Shown: piece by piece, positions 50,931 to 64,000 of the stretch
Layout: every line of letters starts with the position of its first letter
Position numbering within the stretch: the first letter of the stretch is position 1
NCBI GenBank assembly: GCA_045837725.1
Contig: JBEWZL010000227.1
Span: 1 to 64,000, forward strand
Source: Vermamoeba vermiformis
Taxonomy: Eukaryota
Length of the DNA: 64,000 nt
Reading direction: 5' to 3'
The notes under the pieces: generated by a model
The model's input: the letters and a program-made list of their open reading frames with translations, nothing else
Database searches by the model: none
Told to the model about the DNA's origin: nothing
Translations under genes and position numbers: made by a program

Positions 50931-51736
50931 GATGCGTTGGGTTCAAACGAATAATATTGAGCAAGAATGAATTTGGCACGATTAGATCTGTATTTTGACA
51001 ATTGTGAACGGAATATTTCGTTTTCGTTTTTGATTTACGCATTTTCGAGTTTTTTTGTAAAGAGAACAGGATCGATGCCGATCGAAAAAAAAGAATTGAA
51101 TTGGGGAATAAACGGAGATCAAAAATTTTGGTACAGCAGAGGCGATTTGATCACCTCAAATTAAATCATGACTGGATTAAGCGTTCGGCCTCTCCGGTGT
51201 AGGTTATCACTATGAATTGTTAGATCGATTGACATAGTAAGGTGAAAGAAAGAATCTTAATCGACAGTCTAATATTCGGCCCGAATTTTGAAATTTTAAT
51301 TTAGGCCGTAATTCCGCCATACCGACACCAATGATTTTAAGAAGGACTTACTTATTAATAATAGATCCGTAAATACTGCGCCAACTAAGTGACGAAACTC
51401 TGACGCGAATGACTGATTTCATGCCAAGGTCAACGTTGGGTTACTATCCAGGTGTAAGTTAGCAGTTACCTGTAGCAATTATCCCTTTGTAGCTTATTTT
51501 TGACGTCAATAGGAGTAAATGATGATAGATTTGTAAACGTCCTACTTAGGTCAGCGGCCCGAAGTACGAAATTTCACTATTTCGACCGTCCGTAATAACT
51601 CCCGCCGCTCGGGCCGACGTGTAAAACTCTTTTTTTTGGCAACGCCTCTGTCAGGTTATAAATTAAAGTGTCGAAAAATAAGTCATTCTAACAAATCTTA
51701 CTGGAGACCAACAACTCCCACACAGTATAATTTGCG

Positions 51737-53575
51737 ATGTCTTTGCTCGTCATTTGTACCGTAGCGATCGCCGGATTAGGCATAGTATTATTAATCACTA
51801 GGCTCCGAGCCACACCATATCCTAAGGAGCAAGTAGAAGTTATCAGAATGTTGGATGTAGTCAAAAATTCAAAAAACTTGCGCGCCTACCTCCATAAACG
51901 AGTGCTCGATAGTAACAAAAGATTCATGCATATTCAAATGCCCGGACGCTCTGCATTCCTCATCAAGGATGCTGAATCCGCGAAGGTAAGGATCAGTCAT
52001 CGACCCGCGATTGGTTATTAACTTCTTAATGCAGGTTATTCTCTCGAAACCTGAAGAATACATCAAGACTAGAGATATAGGAACTACCAAAGCACTGCAA
52101 AATGCTCTAAGACCATCAATCGTCTCAGAAAACGGCCAAGATTGGCGGTACGTTGCTGCGTAAGCTTTAAGATGGCACTAATTAAATTAATATTCTACTT
52201 CAGACGCTTTCGCGATGTTCTGAGCCATCCCTTTCATTTTGACGAGGTCAAGAACTGGATCGGAGATTTCGACGAGATTGGAAACAAGATGATGCAAGCA
52301 TGGGCTAAAGAGTCATCTAAACCAGTCGAAGTTGCTAATTGGATGGGCCGATTCACTATCGACGTCATTGGTAAGCGTCATATCGTCTTTAAGAGTTCGC
52401 GTACTGACCGAATCCAAGGTTTTACCGTCTTTCAAACAAACTTTGGTGCCTTGGAAGGCAAGCAAGATGAAGCTGCCGTGGCAGTAGGCGAGATCTTGAA
52501 CGGAGTTTCGAATCCTTTTGAATTAGTAGCAGGAAAGGTACGACTAGAACCACACGAGCCAAAACGCTAATCTGACCCGCTGTAGGTTGAAAAAATGTCA
52601 GGAATTGACATTTCTAGAAGAACGCGAGCGAACGCTGAGAGACTACGTACTCTGTTCGGCAATCTCGTTGAAGAACGAAGACAAAAGCTCAAAACCGCTG
52701 CTCCGGACGCAAAGAAAAGCATTGTCGATGTCATGTTGCAAAGCGACGCGAATTTGACAACAGACGAGGTACAAAAGTTCTCGTAAACGATCACAATTCG
52801 AGTCTAATCCTGGTTTGTAGATTGTTAGAAACGCCATCATATTGTTCATTGCTGGTTTCGATACTACCTCAACTGCTCTCAGCATCTTAATGTACCACCT
52901 GGGTCTCAACGAAGACATTCAACAAAAAGCACGAGATGAAGTCAAATCTGTCTTGAACGGCAGATCATTTACGTCTAACGATCTAAGAGCTGTAAGTATA
53001 TGCACATATAGATATCACTATAGTGCCTAATAAGTATGTCAGCTTCCATATTTGAGTGCCATTATCAAAGAAGGAATGAGGATCGAACCTCCTGCTGCGC
53101 TAATTCCGACCCGCGAAACAGATGTCGACGTCGAGCTTGAAGACATTAGCTTGAAGAAGGATGTAAGTCCATTGTTACTCTATGCACTAGCCACATTCTT
53201 ACCTCCATTCTTATTAGACCCCAGTTTGGATCAGTGTGTACGGCATTCATCACGATCCTCAGTCGTGGCCAAACCCTGACAAGTTCGACCCTACTCGATT
53301 CATGGACAAGAGCGATACGGCCACCAAGCGTCATCCGTTCTCGTACATGCCTTTCAGCATGAAGTCGCGTGCTTGGTAAGTGGATCTTGGTCACTCGTTA
53401 CTCAAATACTAACGTACGTGACAGCCTTGGCAACCAGTTCTCACTCGTGGAGCAGACCGTGTTCATGTGTAGCTTGTTAACGCGCTTCAAATGGACGACA
53501 CTCGAGTACGAGCCAAGCCTAGATCCGATCATCTCCAAACCCAACAAACTGATGGTACAGCTTACTCCTTTGTAG
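51737..53575 (+). CDS. cytochrome P450, multi-exon
   Basis: N-terminal anchor, I-helix FIAGFDTTS, ExxR (KEGMR), FDPTRF, and heme motif [11 protein letters not shown] spliced across the last intron. Confidence 0.93.
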
Positions 53576-53929
53576 AACTCCGATGTAGTTTCTTTGTACA
53601 TTCAATCCAACCTATTTATAAATTGTTAATCTTTACGCTGGTCAAGCTAGTTGACGTACCAGCTCGGGCTGCGTTTCGCGTTCTCGGCTGATGAAATGTG
53701 AAGCGGTTTACCTCAAAAAATACTATTTATTACTTTACAAATTCAAATCAAGCCAATAAACTACACGCTGTCGTCAACCGCACTCGAAATTATGCTCTTC
53801 GACTCGAGTGCAGATGCGATAAAAGCGCTGCAGTTTATTCGGCCCTATTGAACTCATGGAGTTATTCCACATTAATGAACAAGATTAAATACGGGATATG
53901 TGATTACATAGGCTGGTTTGCAAACCCTT

Positions 53930-55004
<1,075 letters not shown>

Positions 55005-56057
55005 TTTGTATTATATTACTTTGTTTGGTATTGAAATGAGCAAAAGGGATGCCTCTTTTATGCTTTTCAATTCAGCTAATAATGTTTGGGTTATTTTTTG
55101 GTTCGTTAGCCGTGGTTTGCTTTCAGCTAAATTTTTTGAGTTGACCAAGTTTGACCGCTATTTTGGGCAACATTCATGCGGAAAACCCTCCTCTAAATCG
55201 AGATATTTTATTTTCTCTATCCTCGTCATTTCAGCTAGATGTCTGCGTGCTAGTTTCACCTAACTCAGATCTGTTCCGTCAAAATTTCCTTCTCTTGTTG
55301 GATTGCATATTTTTGTAGCTGACAGTTTAAAGAATACAACATTATCGAGTACGATTGCGATGTCAAGAATGAAGCACGAGCTGCAGGTAATTTTTCCTAT
55401 TTTTATTTAATTTTATTTGGATTTTGTGGGTTTGATCTGCGGCGGAGATTTTAATGCTGCAATTCGTTTTTACGTCTCAATGATGCTCATATAATATCAT
55501 TCTGTCATTTACTAGTATAAAAAATTGTTGTATTCCTCCAAGTAAAATTCGCTAGGGTCTCGATCCTCCAAAGAGAAACCTTTTACTGGTTCATTGCACC
55601 ATCATACGAATTACTTCAAATATTTTGCAAATTCATACAACCTTGCCGGTCCGTTGAATATTCACCAAAACAAAATCATCTGGACTTAGCTACACGGACA
55701 GAAAATTGCGATTCAATTTGACGCCAGCACATTAGAATTACCGTTAAAATTGGTTGCGATTGCTTGCGAAGCAGTTTTTACAAAGCAGATTGAAGTACAT
55801 GCACGACTGACTTACTGCGAACTGCTCTCATCAGCGGATGCGATCGGATCACGTGCCATACCGTTGCAGATTGCATTTCAGCTCACTACCAACCGATAAA
55901 TCGGGCATTATTATGATCGTAGCCAATACAATCATGCAATTCCTATCATTTCACTATTTGAGGTCAGTTTTGTGTTTGTGTTGCTTTTCGCTCGCGGACG
56001 AAACAAACCCAACACGGTTATCGTCATTTTCATACGTCAGTTGACACGATTAACACG

Positions 56058-57270
56058 ATGAAGTCGTCACGGATATCAACGTATAACAGAGAAAGGCAAG
56101 CCAGATTCACCGCGCAGTAGCAGAAGAGGATGAGGTATTGTTTCTAACAGCCGCACACTCTTACTGCCCTGCTATTTGCGGGCATTGTATTGGTATACTT
56201 TGCATTCTATCATACCCGCGCTGAAGAGAATTCTGCTTGTAACAATATAAATGTAAGATCCGATCCCTTTTCGAAAATTAGTGTATTGATGATATCTAAC
56301 GTATTATTATAATAGGGGATTTTTTGCCATGATCTTGGTATTTATATTTTTTTCTATGCAACAGATGCGCGACGGACCATTTGTTCGTCCACATCCAGCT
56401 TTCTGGCGTATAGTTATGGGTTGCGCCGTTCTATATTTATTAGGTTGTGTATATATGCTCTTACAAGTAAGTATTCAAGCTTCTTTCTGCATAACTTCAT
56501 GTTCAACGACCAGATCCAGGATTAAAAAATCCAAAAAATATTCAGTAGTACATAAATATCATATAATCAATACCATTTTATTAATTATAACATTATTTGT
56601 ATCGGACTAATATTTTCGATCCGTAGACAGCACATGACGCGACCTCTTTTCAGTTTTATTGCCTCTGCCCGAGCGATCATATGCAGAGGACTGTAGAATA
56701 TTTACTCCTGAGAATCCCGAGTAGTACAATAATGGATATATCGTCCTAGTACGTTTTTTTTTGACCTAATCCAGATCCGTTAATTGTTGAAACTAACGTT
56801 ATGTTTTAGATTATTCTGGACGTCTTAGTCTACAATGGCATTGGTATTTACATCGACCACTTGGTCTTGAAGTACTTGGAAGTTAAGGAATACGATTGGG
56901 GAGGTCGTACAAATGCTGGCAAGAAGCGTGGTCGCAGCGTCACCAATGCCAAGCGCATGGTCTTGCAGTTCACTCCGTACAGCTGGACCAAGTTCAATTG
57001 GAGTATCTTCGAGTCTCCGAAACGATTCTTTGCCGTTATTGGCTTCATCGCTCTCGTAAGTTGAACAAATGGATGGCAAGATGACCACGCGTACTAACAG
57101 ATCCGTTTCCTATTTTAGGAAAGCGCTATCGAGTTGAATTGTTTCTTCTTGAAGTTTGTCTTGTGGCTCCCGCCTCCCCACCACTTAGTCACTGCTCGTT
57201 TGTTCTTGTGGTTCTTGTTTGCTCTTCCCGCTATGCGAGTATTACGAATGGATCTCGACTGCCTAAAAAG
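56058..57270 (+). pseudogene. phosphatidylserine synthase (PSS/PTDSS base-exchange family), disrupted
   Basis: PHTLTAL, DGPFVRPHPAFWRIV, PLPERSYAEDCRIFTPENP, QFTPYSWTKFNW and ELNCFFLKFVLWLPPPH. There is a frameshift at ~56640-56665, no central ECWWD-containing segment, and a frameshift at ~57237 (REYYEWI is out of frame). Confidence 0.75.
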
Positions 57271-58880
57271 GATTATTTTGATTGATATTCCTGCTGGCTT
57301 ATCCCAAGAAGATATGGCGCGAAGATTTAACCTAACAGGCAGTCTTGGTGTGATTACGGCTTTTAGAAACGAAGGTAAGCATACTCGGTTTTCGGAGGAC
57401 TCCGGCAGTACTAATATAATTGCAATTAGTAATACTAGTTCGGTATGCTGGCTTAGGAAGCTTTATTTGGGACGGAAGGTAGATCATGATGACGATATAC
57501 TGTTGTGCAAAACAGTTCATGAACTCAAGATCTATTTTAGCAACTCGAGTCAGGTCTATACGCTATCAGCGGAGTTGAATATGGTCGATTGTGGATTTAT
57601 AGAGCCATTTATTCTTAATGGCACGAGATTACTCATCAATTTTACTTCATATGGTAACAAATACAAACACGCGTGTACTAGCATGTTGCGAACGCAATTC
57701 TCACGAGCAAATTTCCTTTTATAGACGAGAATCTATGGGACCCTGTTATGGGTACCGGTGCCATTGCATTCACATGCGTGTTAATGCCCCTGACTGCTGG
57801 CTCATTGGGCTTCAGCCTCTACAAGTACTACATTTGGCTGCGATATAAGGACTTCAATGGTCATTCGTGCAAGTCGTATTATTGGCAAATATTATCGGTA
57901 ATATAAGTACGAATACAAATCATCGCATTTTATAACATTATCTATGAACTAATAGTGCTTCGAAGTTCGGCTATTCTCAGTGTCGGTAGATCCAATATTC
58001 TCGCGTCGAATTCTGCCTAACGTCGTAAACAACTTGTTTTTGACCGGAAGTTGGCCATTCGCACTGACAGCAACATTATTGATATCGTTCTATTGGTAAG
58101 TCAGAACTTAATCTCGAAACGATCTGGAGCGTCATACTATTAGTGTCTTATATCCGCGATAACTGACGTAATCATCATCAATAAGCAAGAATTAATTACT
58201 AAGAATCGAGTTCAAGTCAGTTTATTTGTCCGCAAGTTGAAAATTCCGTTCTGGATCATCGTAGCGTTAATCTTCTCCATGGAGTTTACGTCGTCGACGG
58301 TGCATGGTCTTTATTACCCACTCGGGGCATTGACTACGCTAACCGGTGTCGTATATATCGTGGCTTCATTGGCTATCTCTTTGTTGTACTTCATCTCAGG
58401 TCGGATGTGGAAAACGTAGGACTTTTTTTGAGCTTACTATCGATTTGTAGCGGAAGTTGATATTAATTTAATTTATTATTGCAGGAGGAAGAATCGTTCA
58501 GGCTCTTAAAAGCAGCGCAGGATCGCGCGTTGGAAAAGTGCCGAAGAAATTAACAAAGGTATTTAGATCGTAACTAAAAAGAATCAACATTTATATTAAT
58601 TTTTTATTAACAAGTTGTGGCATCGGGTAGCTTAATGCTCATATTTACAATTATTGTGCTGTGATCGGCCTGAACGACGTTCTCTACATATCTTAGAGCT
58701 TCTGGTCTGCTTGGCTGGTTCTAACTATAGTCTTGAATATTAATAGCGTGCTTCAAGTAGCCACTTTTAATGTCCCAAGCAAGAAGCATACTGGCAGTTC
58801 GACAGATTTAAGTCGAGTTAGCAATACCAATCAGTCTGCTGGCAGTGCTCACACTCCTGCTGCCGAAGGAAGTATAAGCA
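57270..58880 (+). pseudogene. multi-pass (7TM-like) membrane protein gene, apparently disrupted
   Basis: Hydrophobic exons (AIAFTCVLMPLTAG, VDPIFSRRILP, PFALTATLLISFYW, KIPFWIIVALIF) and a Ser-rich tail. A frameshift plus an in-frame TAG fall in the last exon (~58660-58697). Confidence 0.5.
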
Positions 58881-59146
58881 ATAATTAATAGCACCAACTC
58901 GTTGACATCCAAACGGCAAGGCACAAGACATGTCACAAGAGTATTACAGCACAGGCAGCGCTGGCATGATTACTCCTTATTGACAAGTCAGTACGTATGT
59001 TGGGGTAGTGGGAATGTTATGTAATATGTAAGTAAAAACCCAATATAGATAAAAATAGCGTAAATAAAGCATTCATTAAATAAAGTGGAAGTGAAATTTA
59101 TTCACAGCAACAAACAAATATAACTGGCATGCATAATATAATACCT

Positions 59147-60425
59147 CTAGTTTGATGCACATTGTGCATGACACACACTTGAGATCCAGTTTGGAATTGG
59201 GCACTTAAGCATGTTGTGATCCATCCTACAATCGTACAAGCTAGTTGGTTTATTCATTGTTGGATTGACGCCTGATAGTTGATTATATTGGAGTCTTAAG
59301 GTCGTAAGATTATTGAGTTGTACGAATGATGATGGAATAGTGCCTGATAGTTGATTGTTGTTGAGCCATAATTTCTGAAGATTATTGAGTTGTCCCAACG
59401 ATGATGGAATAGTGCCTGCTAGTTGATTGTTGTTGAGATATAAGTTATAAAGATTGGGTTTTCCCAATGATGATGGAATAGTGCCTGATAATTCATTGTG
59501 GTCAAGATATAAGTTATAAAGATTATTGAGTTGTCCCAAAGATGACGGAATAGTGCCTGATAGTTGATTGCCGTCGAGAAGTAATTCTTCAAGATTATTG
59601 AGTTGTCCCAATGATGGTGGAATAGGACCTGATAGTTGATTGTTGTTAAGCCATAAGTATTGAAGATTATCAAGTTGTCCCAACGATGATGGAATAGTGC
59701 CTGATAATTCATTGTCATTGAGGTTTAAGTCTTTAAGATTATTGAGTTGTCCCAATGATGATGGAATAGTGCCTGATAGTTGATTTTTGGCAAGTGTTAA
59801 GATTGTAATATTATTGAGTTTTCCCAATGATGGTGGAATAGTGCCTGATAGTTCATTGTAGGAGAGAAGTAATTCTTCAAGATTATTGAGTTGTCCCAAT
59901 GATGATGGAATAGTGCCTGATAGTTGATTGCTGTTGAGCCATAATTTTTGAAGATTATTGAGTTGTCCCAACGATGATGGAATAGTGCCTGATAGTTGAT
60001 TGCCGTCGAGCCATAATTTTTTAAGATTATTGAGTTGTCCCAATGATGGTGGAATAGTGCCCCTTAGATAATTTCTGCTGAGAAATAACACAGTAAGATT
60101 AGTGAGTTGTCCCAATGATGATGGAAGCGTGCCCCTTAGAAAATTTCTAGGGAGACCCAAACTGATTATCTAGATTAATGTTAGTATTGTAATTGAGTTT
60201 GGAAAGAAATACTACCTGATTGTTTGAATCACACTCAACGCCGCTCCATTTGCACTCACTCAAATTTGAAAGCCATCCGTCATTGATTTCCCAACCAGTT
60301 CCGTTCGTAGCCTTGAAAAATTCCACCAATATATCTCGCTGATTGAAAGGTTTTGCTTGGCTTGATGAGATCAGAAGCGCTGAAATTACAAAAAGCACAG
60401 CGCCGGAAAACCACAGTTTTACCAT
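59147..60425 (-). CDS. secreted plant-type LRR protein with about 13 highly homogenised repeats, 2 exons
   Basis: ATG at 60425 with signal peptide and LRRNT cap (ATNGTGW..W..CKWSGVEC); intron 60215-60170; 72-bp repeats; Cys cap CRMDHNMLKCPIPNW..C.AQC. Confidence 0.93.
59275..60145. repeat. 72-bp coding tandem repeat (LRR modules)
   Basis: Recurrent + strand block GATTATTGAGTTGTCCCAA(T/C)GATG(A/G)TGGAATAGTGCCTGATAGTTGATT with a 72-bp period and one 69-bp unit. Confidence 0.95.
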
Positions 60426-61952
60426 TGTTACGTATTGTGTTGCGTTATCAGTATTTCGCGACAAGAAAACCAGAACTTTTTTCAACTTATAAAAGTGAAA
60501 AGACCGCAGTACGACCAATCGTGCGTAAAATAAATACGCACTAGCGTAAAAGGAAGGCCATAATAATAGTCTCAGTCGGAAATTCATTCCGTCCCAAGTG
60601 GAAAAAATCTCGTCCCTTGAATATTGTAGGTTAGCTAACGATAAAATACAGATAAATACATCGAATCGATAAAGGGCAACTTACATATAAAAGGCGAGAA
60701 GCTCCAAAAAAGCGCATCTTCTGCCGATCCACGAATCCAAATCAACTTCTCATGCGTCTGCTCAGTGAAAATCTGATTCCCTTCGCATGTACAGCGGTCA
60801 AGATTACAGCCAAATTTAGACCTCACGTGAAGCAAAGTTCATCGGGACATTATCCAAAGTTGGCATTGACCGCCGTACTTTGGAAAAGCTTGGTTACACC
60901 GTTTATCAACGTTTTTCACGAAAATAAGCATTGGAGTATGATGTATTAGCATTTTGCAAAGGCTTGACGCCGCGAAAGCGCTGGATCTGTATATTTCGAT
61001 CGAGATCCGCATCGCTTTTTCGCTCCAAAACTGTTGCACGTGCTGCCGCGTAGTCAAATTTTCCCTGGGTATACTTACAATTAATAGGGCAGACAAAATA
61101 CCGACTATAGCTCAATTGGCTGTTCAGCTGAGGGTGTTAGATGTGACGTCCCTATCGCGTTGGATAATTCATCCGGCTTTGCTGTTTTAAATTACTATGA
61201 ATCTATGACAAGTTGTGGCGAGGGGAGCAATATTATGGCATACGGAGGTACGAAGATCTGGATTTGGTTGAAAAAAATCTAACAGAGATGATGTAGTCAC
61301 GTGTGCCCTTGGCTAATTCTGTATTCTAGAGTTAATATCGACTATATTGAGCTTAGACAACTGGCCTGGAATGGTCCAAAAGAATGAGAGGAGCTGGAGA
61401 CTACTTTTCTCTTATTAGCGACGCAGGCTGTCAATAACGACTCGTTATTAAATGTTGAGGAATAAAACAGAACAATTGCTCGAGTGACTTGACGATAAGA
61501 TCGAGATTTAGGAGATTATTCCAAAGAGAAAAAGCATTGAATTTTTTTCGATGCGTACTGGAAGCCAACACCAATGGACGAAGCCGCCATTACAAATGTA
61601 TTATTAATCGTTATATCTCGATTGAAGCAATCAGAGGACAGTTTTGAAGTCTTTAAATCACTCTTGAATTTGTCAACCGCTTCAAAGTCATGTAAAAAAT
61701 ATTTAAATGACTACAAAAATTAATTGAAACAAGTAATAGATATGTAAGAGGTACGAGTGATTATTGTACTTAATTTTGTAACGTTTCCGAATTTTATATT
61801 CAGATCGAACTCGGTTTGTGGTGAACAAACTGCAGTTCTTCATACGCAATAATGATTTTGAAGGGTTTGAAACATGTAAGTAATTGGAGATAATAGTAAA
61901 AGTTTCTTACTAATGTGAAAATTCTTTCAGTGGCAGATTTGTTCGTTGAGCG

Positions 61953-62801
61953 TTACACAAGACTACTTTCCATCTCGTCTTCATTACTCTCTTCGTCTTC
62001 GTCTTCGTCATCTTCAACCTCGTCTTGTTGACTATTGTCCTTTTGATCCTCGCTATCTTCAGCGTCATCCTCTTCAGGTACATCCAGAGCAAAGAACAGC
62101 GGAGGTAAGTTTTCTAGCTTTCGTGCCTTCATCAATTCCTTCGCTTTTTTAGTATCGTCGAATTGACACGATGCAAATCCGTTCCATTTCTTAGCTTCCC
62201 AAGCCCATCCACGAGATGTGAGTTCTTGTTCACGTAACACGCACCAAAAGTAAGTTTTCTCGACGAGTTTTATCGATGGATCGTCCGCATCAATTCCACC
62301 TGCCATAACTTCGCTCCATAGCTTATAGTCAACGCGCTTTTTTTTCTTCTCTATCTTCACGGAGAACTTTTTGTATTTATGGTAGATCCATCCGGTTACT
62401 GTGTAAGACAGACTCCATTCGCGGTACTCTAAATAGTTGCTGAATATCGAATTTGTGGAACACTTCATTAGGAATAACTCTTCATTGGTTAGAAGATGCT
62501 TGGGTATTGACAATAAATAACGAGATGAATCTGTTTGAATTTGTATGTTGCAAGCCGTCAAGGCGGGAATTCCGTATTTTTCTCTGACGTAAAGAGCTAT
62601 GGCACGGGTTTGAGAGGATATCATAGCAAATAGCGCCACAGTTAGCGTTTGATCTTGAAAAGTGACAGCGGATTTCATGATATGTATCCATAATTCGTTT
62701 GGAAGTGGGTCGATGGCTTTAATATAATTATCTATTTTTTGTTTTTTATTTTCTTTCTCCTCACTAACGTATTCGAGCTTTCTTTTATTGTTTTGGCTCA
62801 T
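61953..62801 (-). CDS. hypothetical nuclear protein with F-box-like motif and acidic tail
   Basis: 282-aa ORF with basic NLS-like KRK..KKQK, DPLPNELWIHIMK and a D/E-rich C-terminus. Confidence 0.7.
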   Translation of the reverse strand: MSQNNKRKLEYVSEEKENKKQKIDNYIKAIDPLPNELWIHIMKSAVTFQDQTLTVALFAMISSQTRAIALYVREKYGIPALTACNIQIQTDSSRYLLSIPKHLLTNEELFLMKCSTNSIFSNYLEYREWSLSYTVTGWIYHKYKKFSVKIEKKKKRVDYKLWSEVMAGGIDADDPSIKLVEKTYFWCVLREQELTSRGWAWEAKKWNGFASCQFDDTKKAKELMKARKLENLPPLFFALDVPEEDDAEDSEDQKDNSQQDEVEDDEDEDEESNEDEMESSLV

Positions 62802-63149
62802 CCTAACACCCGCGTACCTTCGAAGCTAAGCTTGTATTAATAATAAAGTATTTAATAAACATGTTCTAATCGCTGCAAGCTGTTGCACACGACAGAAAGT
62901 TATGAAAAAGAAGTAATTCGAGACACTTTTTCCGTAGCCCCTGGTCCAAAAAAACAAGCAGCTCAACTTCAGAGTTTAATTGGCCAATCGAATCGTATTA
63001 TTTAAGTCGGTTCCTATAATTATCACCGCAGTTGCGTTTTTTCTTGGCCTGACTTTCAAATAAAAGCAAGCAACGTCAGCGTTAAGGCACAACACGCTAA
63101 AAAAAAAATCTGACGCCTTATTAGTATACACTAGCACTATTGAACAATT

Positions 63150-64000
63150 ATGGATGACAACAGCAATTGGAACGACGGTGGGGAGGAAGTGAATTTCCGT
63201 AAGTCCACATCCCAAATTTCAATAGTCCCAATTTATTACTCATGATAGTAATTATTTAGTATAATAATATTTATAATAAAATTTACGAAGGTGTTAATAA
63301 TTTAAACGGTTTTTAATAAAGATAACTATTTTCTAAATTATTTTTATCCTTCGCTTCTAACGATTAACTACTAGAGAGACTTCCTCAAGATGAGCCTAAA
63401 GATGAGGTTCTAGTGTCAGATCAAATAACATTGGATCTGGCTAAATTGTATCATTCACAAAAATGGACCGACGTAACCTTAGCCGTAAGAGATAGACGAT
63501 TTAAAGCTCATCGCTTGGTACTATCTTCAAGAAGCACATATTTTAACAACCTGTTTGAATCGGAGCCAGACAAAGTGCTCTTCGATTTGGATTCAGCATT
63601 CAATCCAGATGCGTTCGAAATTGTCTTGGAATACATTTATAGCGCTAACATTGTTGTTAATCGAAAGTTAGCGGATGATATTGCAGATATTGCGGTGAAA
63701 TTGGACCTCAAACAGGTAAGATCCTTTCTATCTGAAACGCATCCGGAAATTTAAATCAATTTCTGATTCTAACTAAATTGATTTTGATATGTAATGGTAT
63801 AACTAGTTACTAATGACTCTTATTTTAGCTTTCAATTTCGTTGGCAGGCTTTTCGGGAACGAAATTGAGCAAAGAGAACGTGCTGCAAGAAATTCAGCGC
63901 TATTATGGCAAAAACAAAGCGGCGCTCGAGCACTGCTTAAGATTTTTAGACCATAATATCAAGACAATAGGCGTCGATAATCCTCAATTATTGACGATGC
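63150..64000 (+). CDS. BTB/POZ-domain protein (3' truncated by window end)
   Basis: Exon 1 (63150-63198) splices in frame to 63375. WTDVTLAVRDRRFKAHRLVLSSRSTYFNNLF and AFEIVLEYIYS. Confidence 0.92.

Noticed and set aside
59419-59718. Alternative-frame repetitive ORF (NYQALFHH repeats)
   Set aside because: A by-product of the 72-bp LRR repeat read in another frame.
60600-61900. Possible gene or remnant between the LRR gene and the acidic-tail gene
   Set aside because: Splice-like signals and short open stretches exist, but I could not build a consistent frame or recognise a domain.

Overview
Gene-dense, intron-rich eukaryotic DNA with mostly short GT-AG introns. The gene content suggests a free-living protist, probably amoebozoan-like (inference). 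I assembled about 24 genes or gene remnants by eye across introns, so exon boundaries are approximate. They include a polyamine-type APC transporter, an Rnl2-family RNA ligase, a GH3 glucosidase, two G8-domain surface proteins (one strikingly CEMIP/TMEM2-like), beta-ureidopropionase, an inositol polyphosphate kinase, an Afi1/DENN protein, several F-box proteins, two secreted plant-type LRR proteins, a J-domain protein, two GSTs, a P450, Rac and a BTB protein. The most unusual elements are: (1) a 43-bp hairpin repeat array with CpG-specific decay, flanking small variable exon-like cassettes (1.17-2.27 kb); (2) a secreted LRR gene built from near-identical 72-bp modules with hypervariable, mosaic binding faces; (3) a spliced Rnl2/RNA-editing-ligase homolog; (4) a CEMIP/TMEM2-like hyaluronidase homolog; (5) an ankyrin-like + F-box + ParB/Srx-like fusion; (6) a chimeric decayed PSS2/multi-pass membrane locus. 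I recognised no tRNA, rRNA or CRISPR array. Family assignments come from recalled motifs; no database searches were run.
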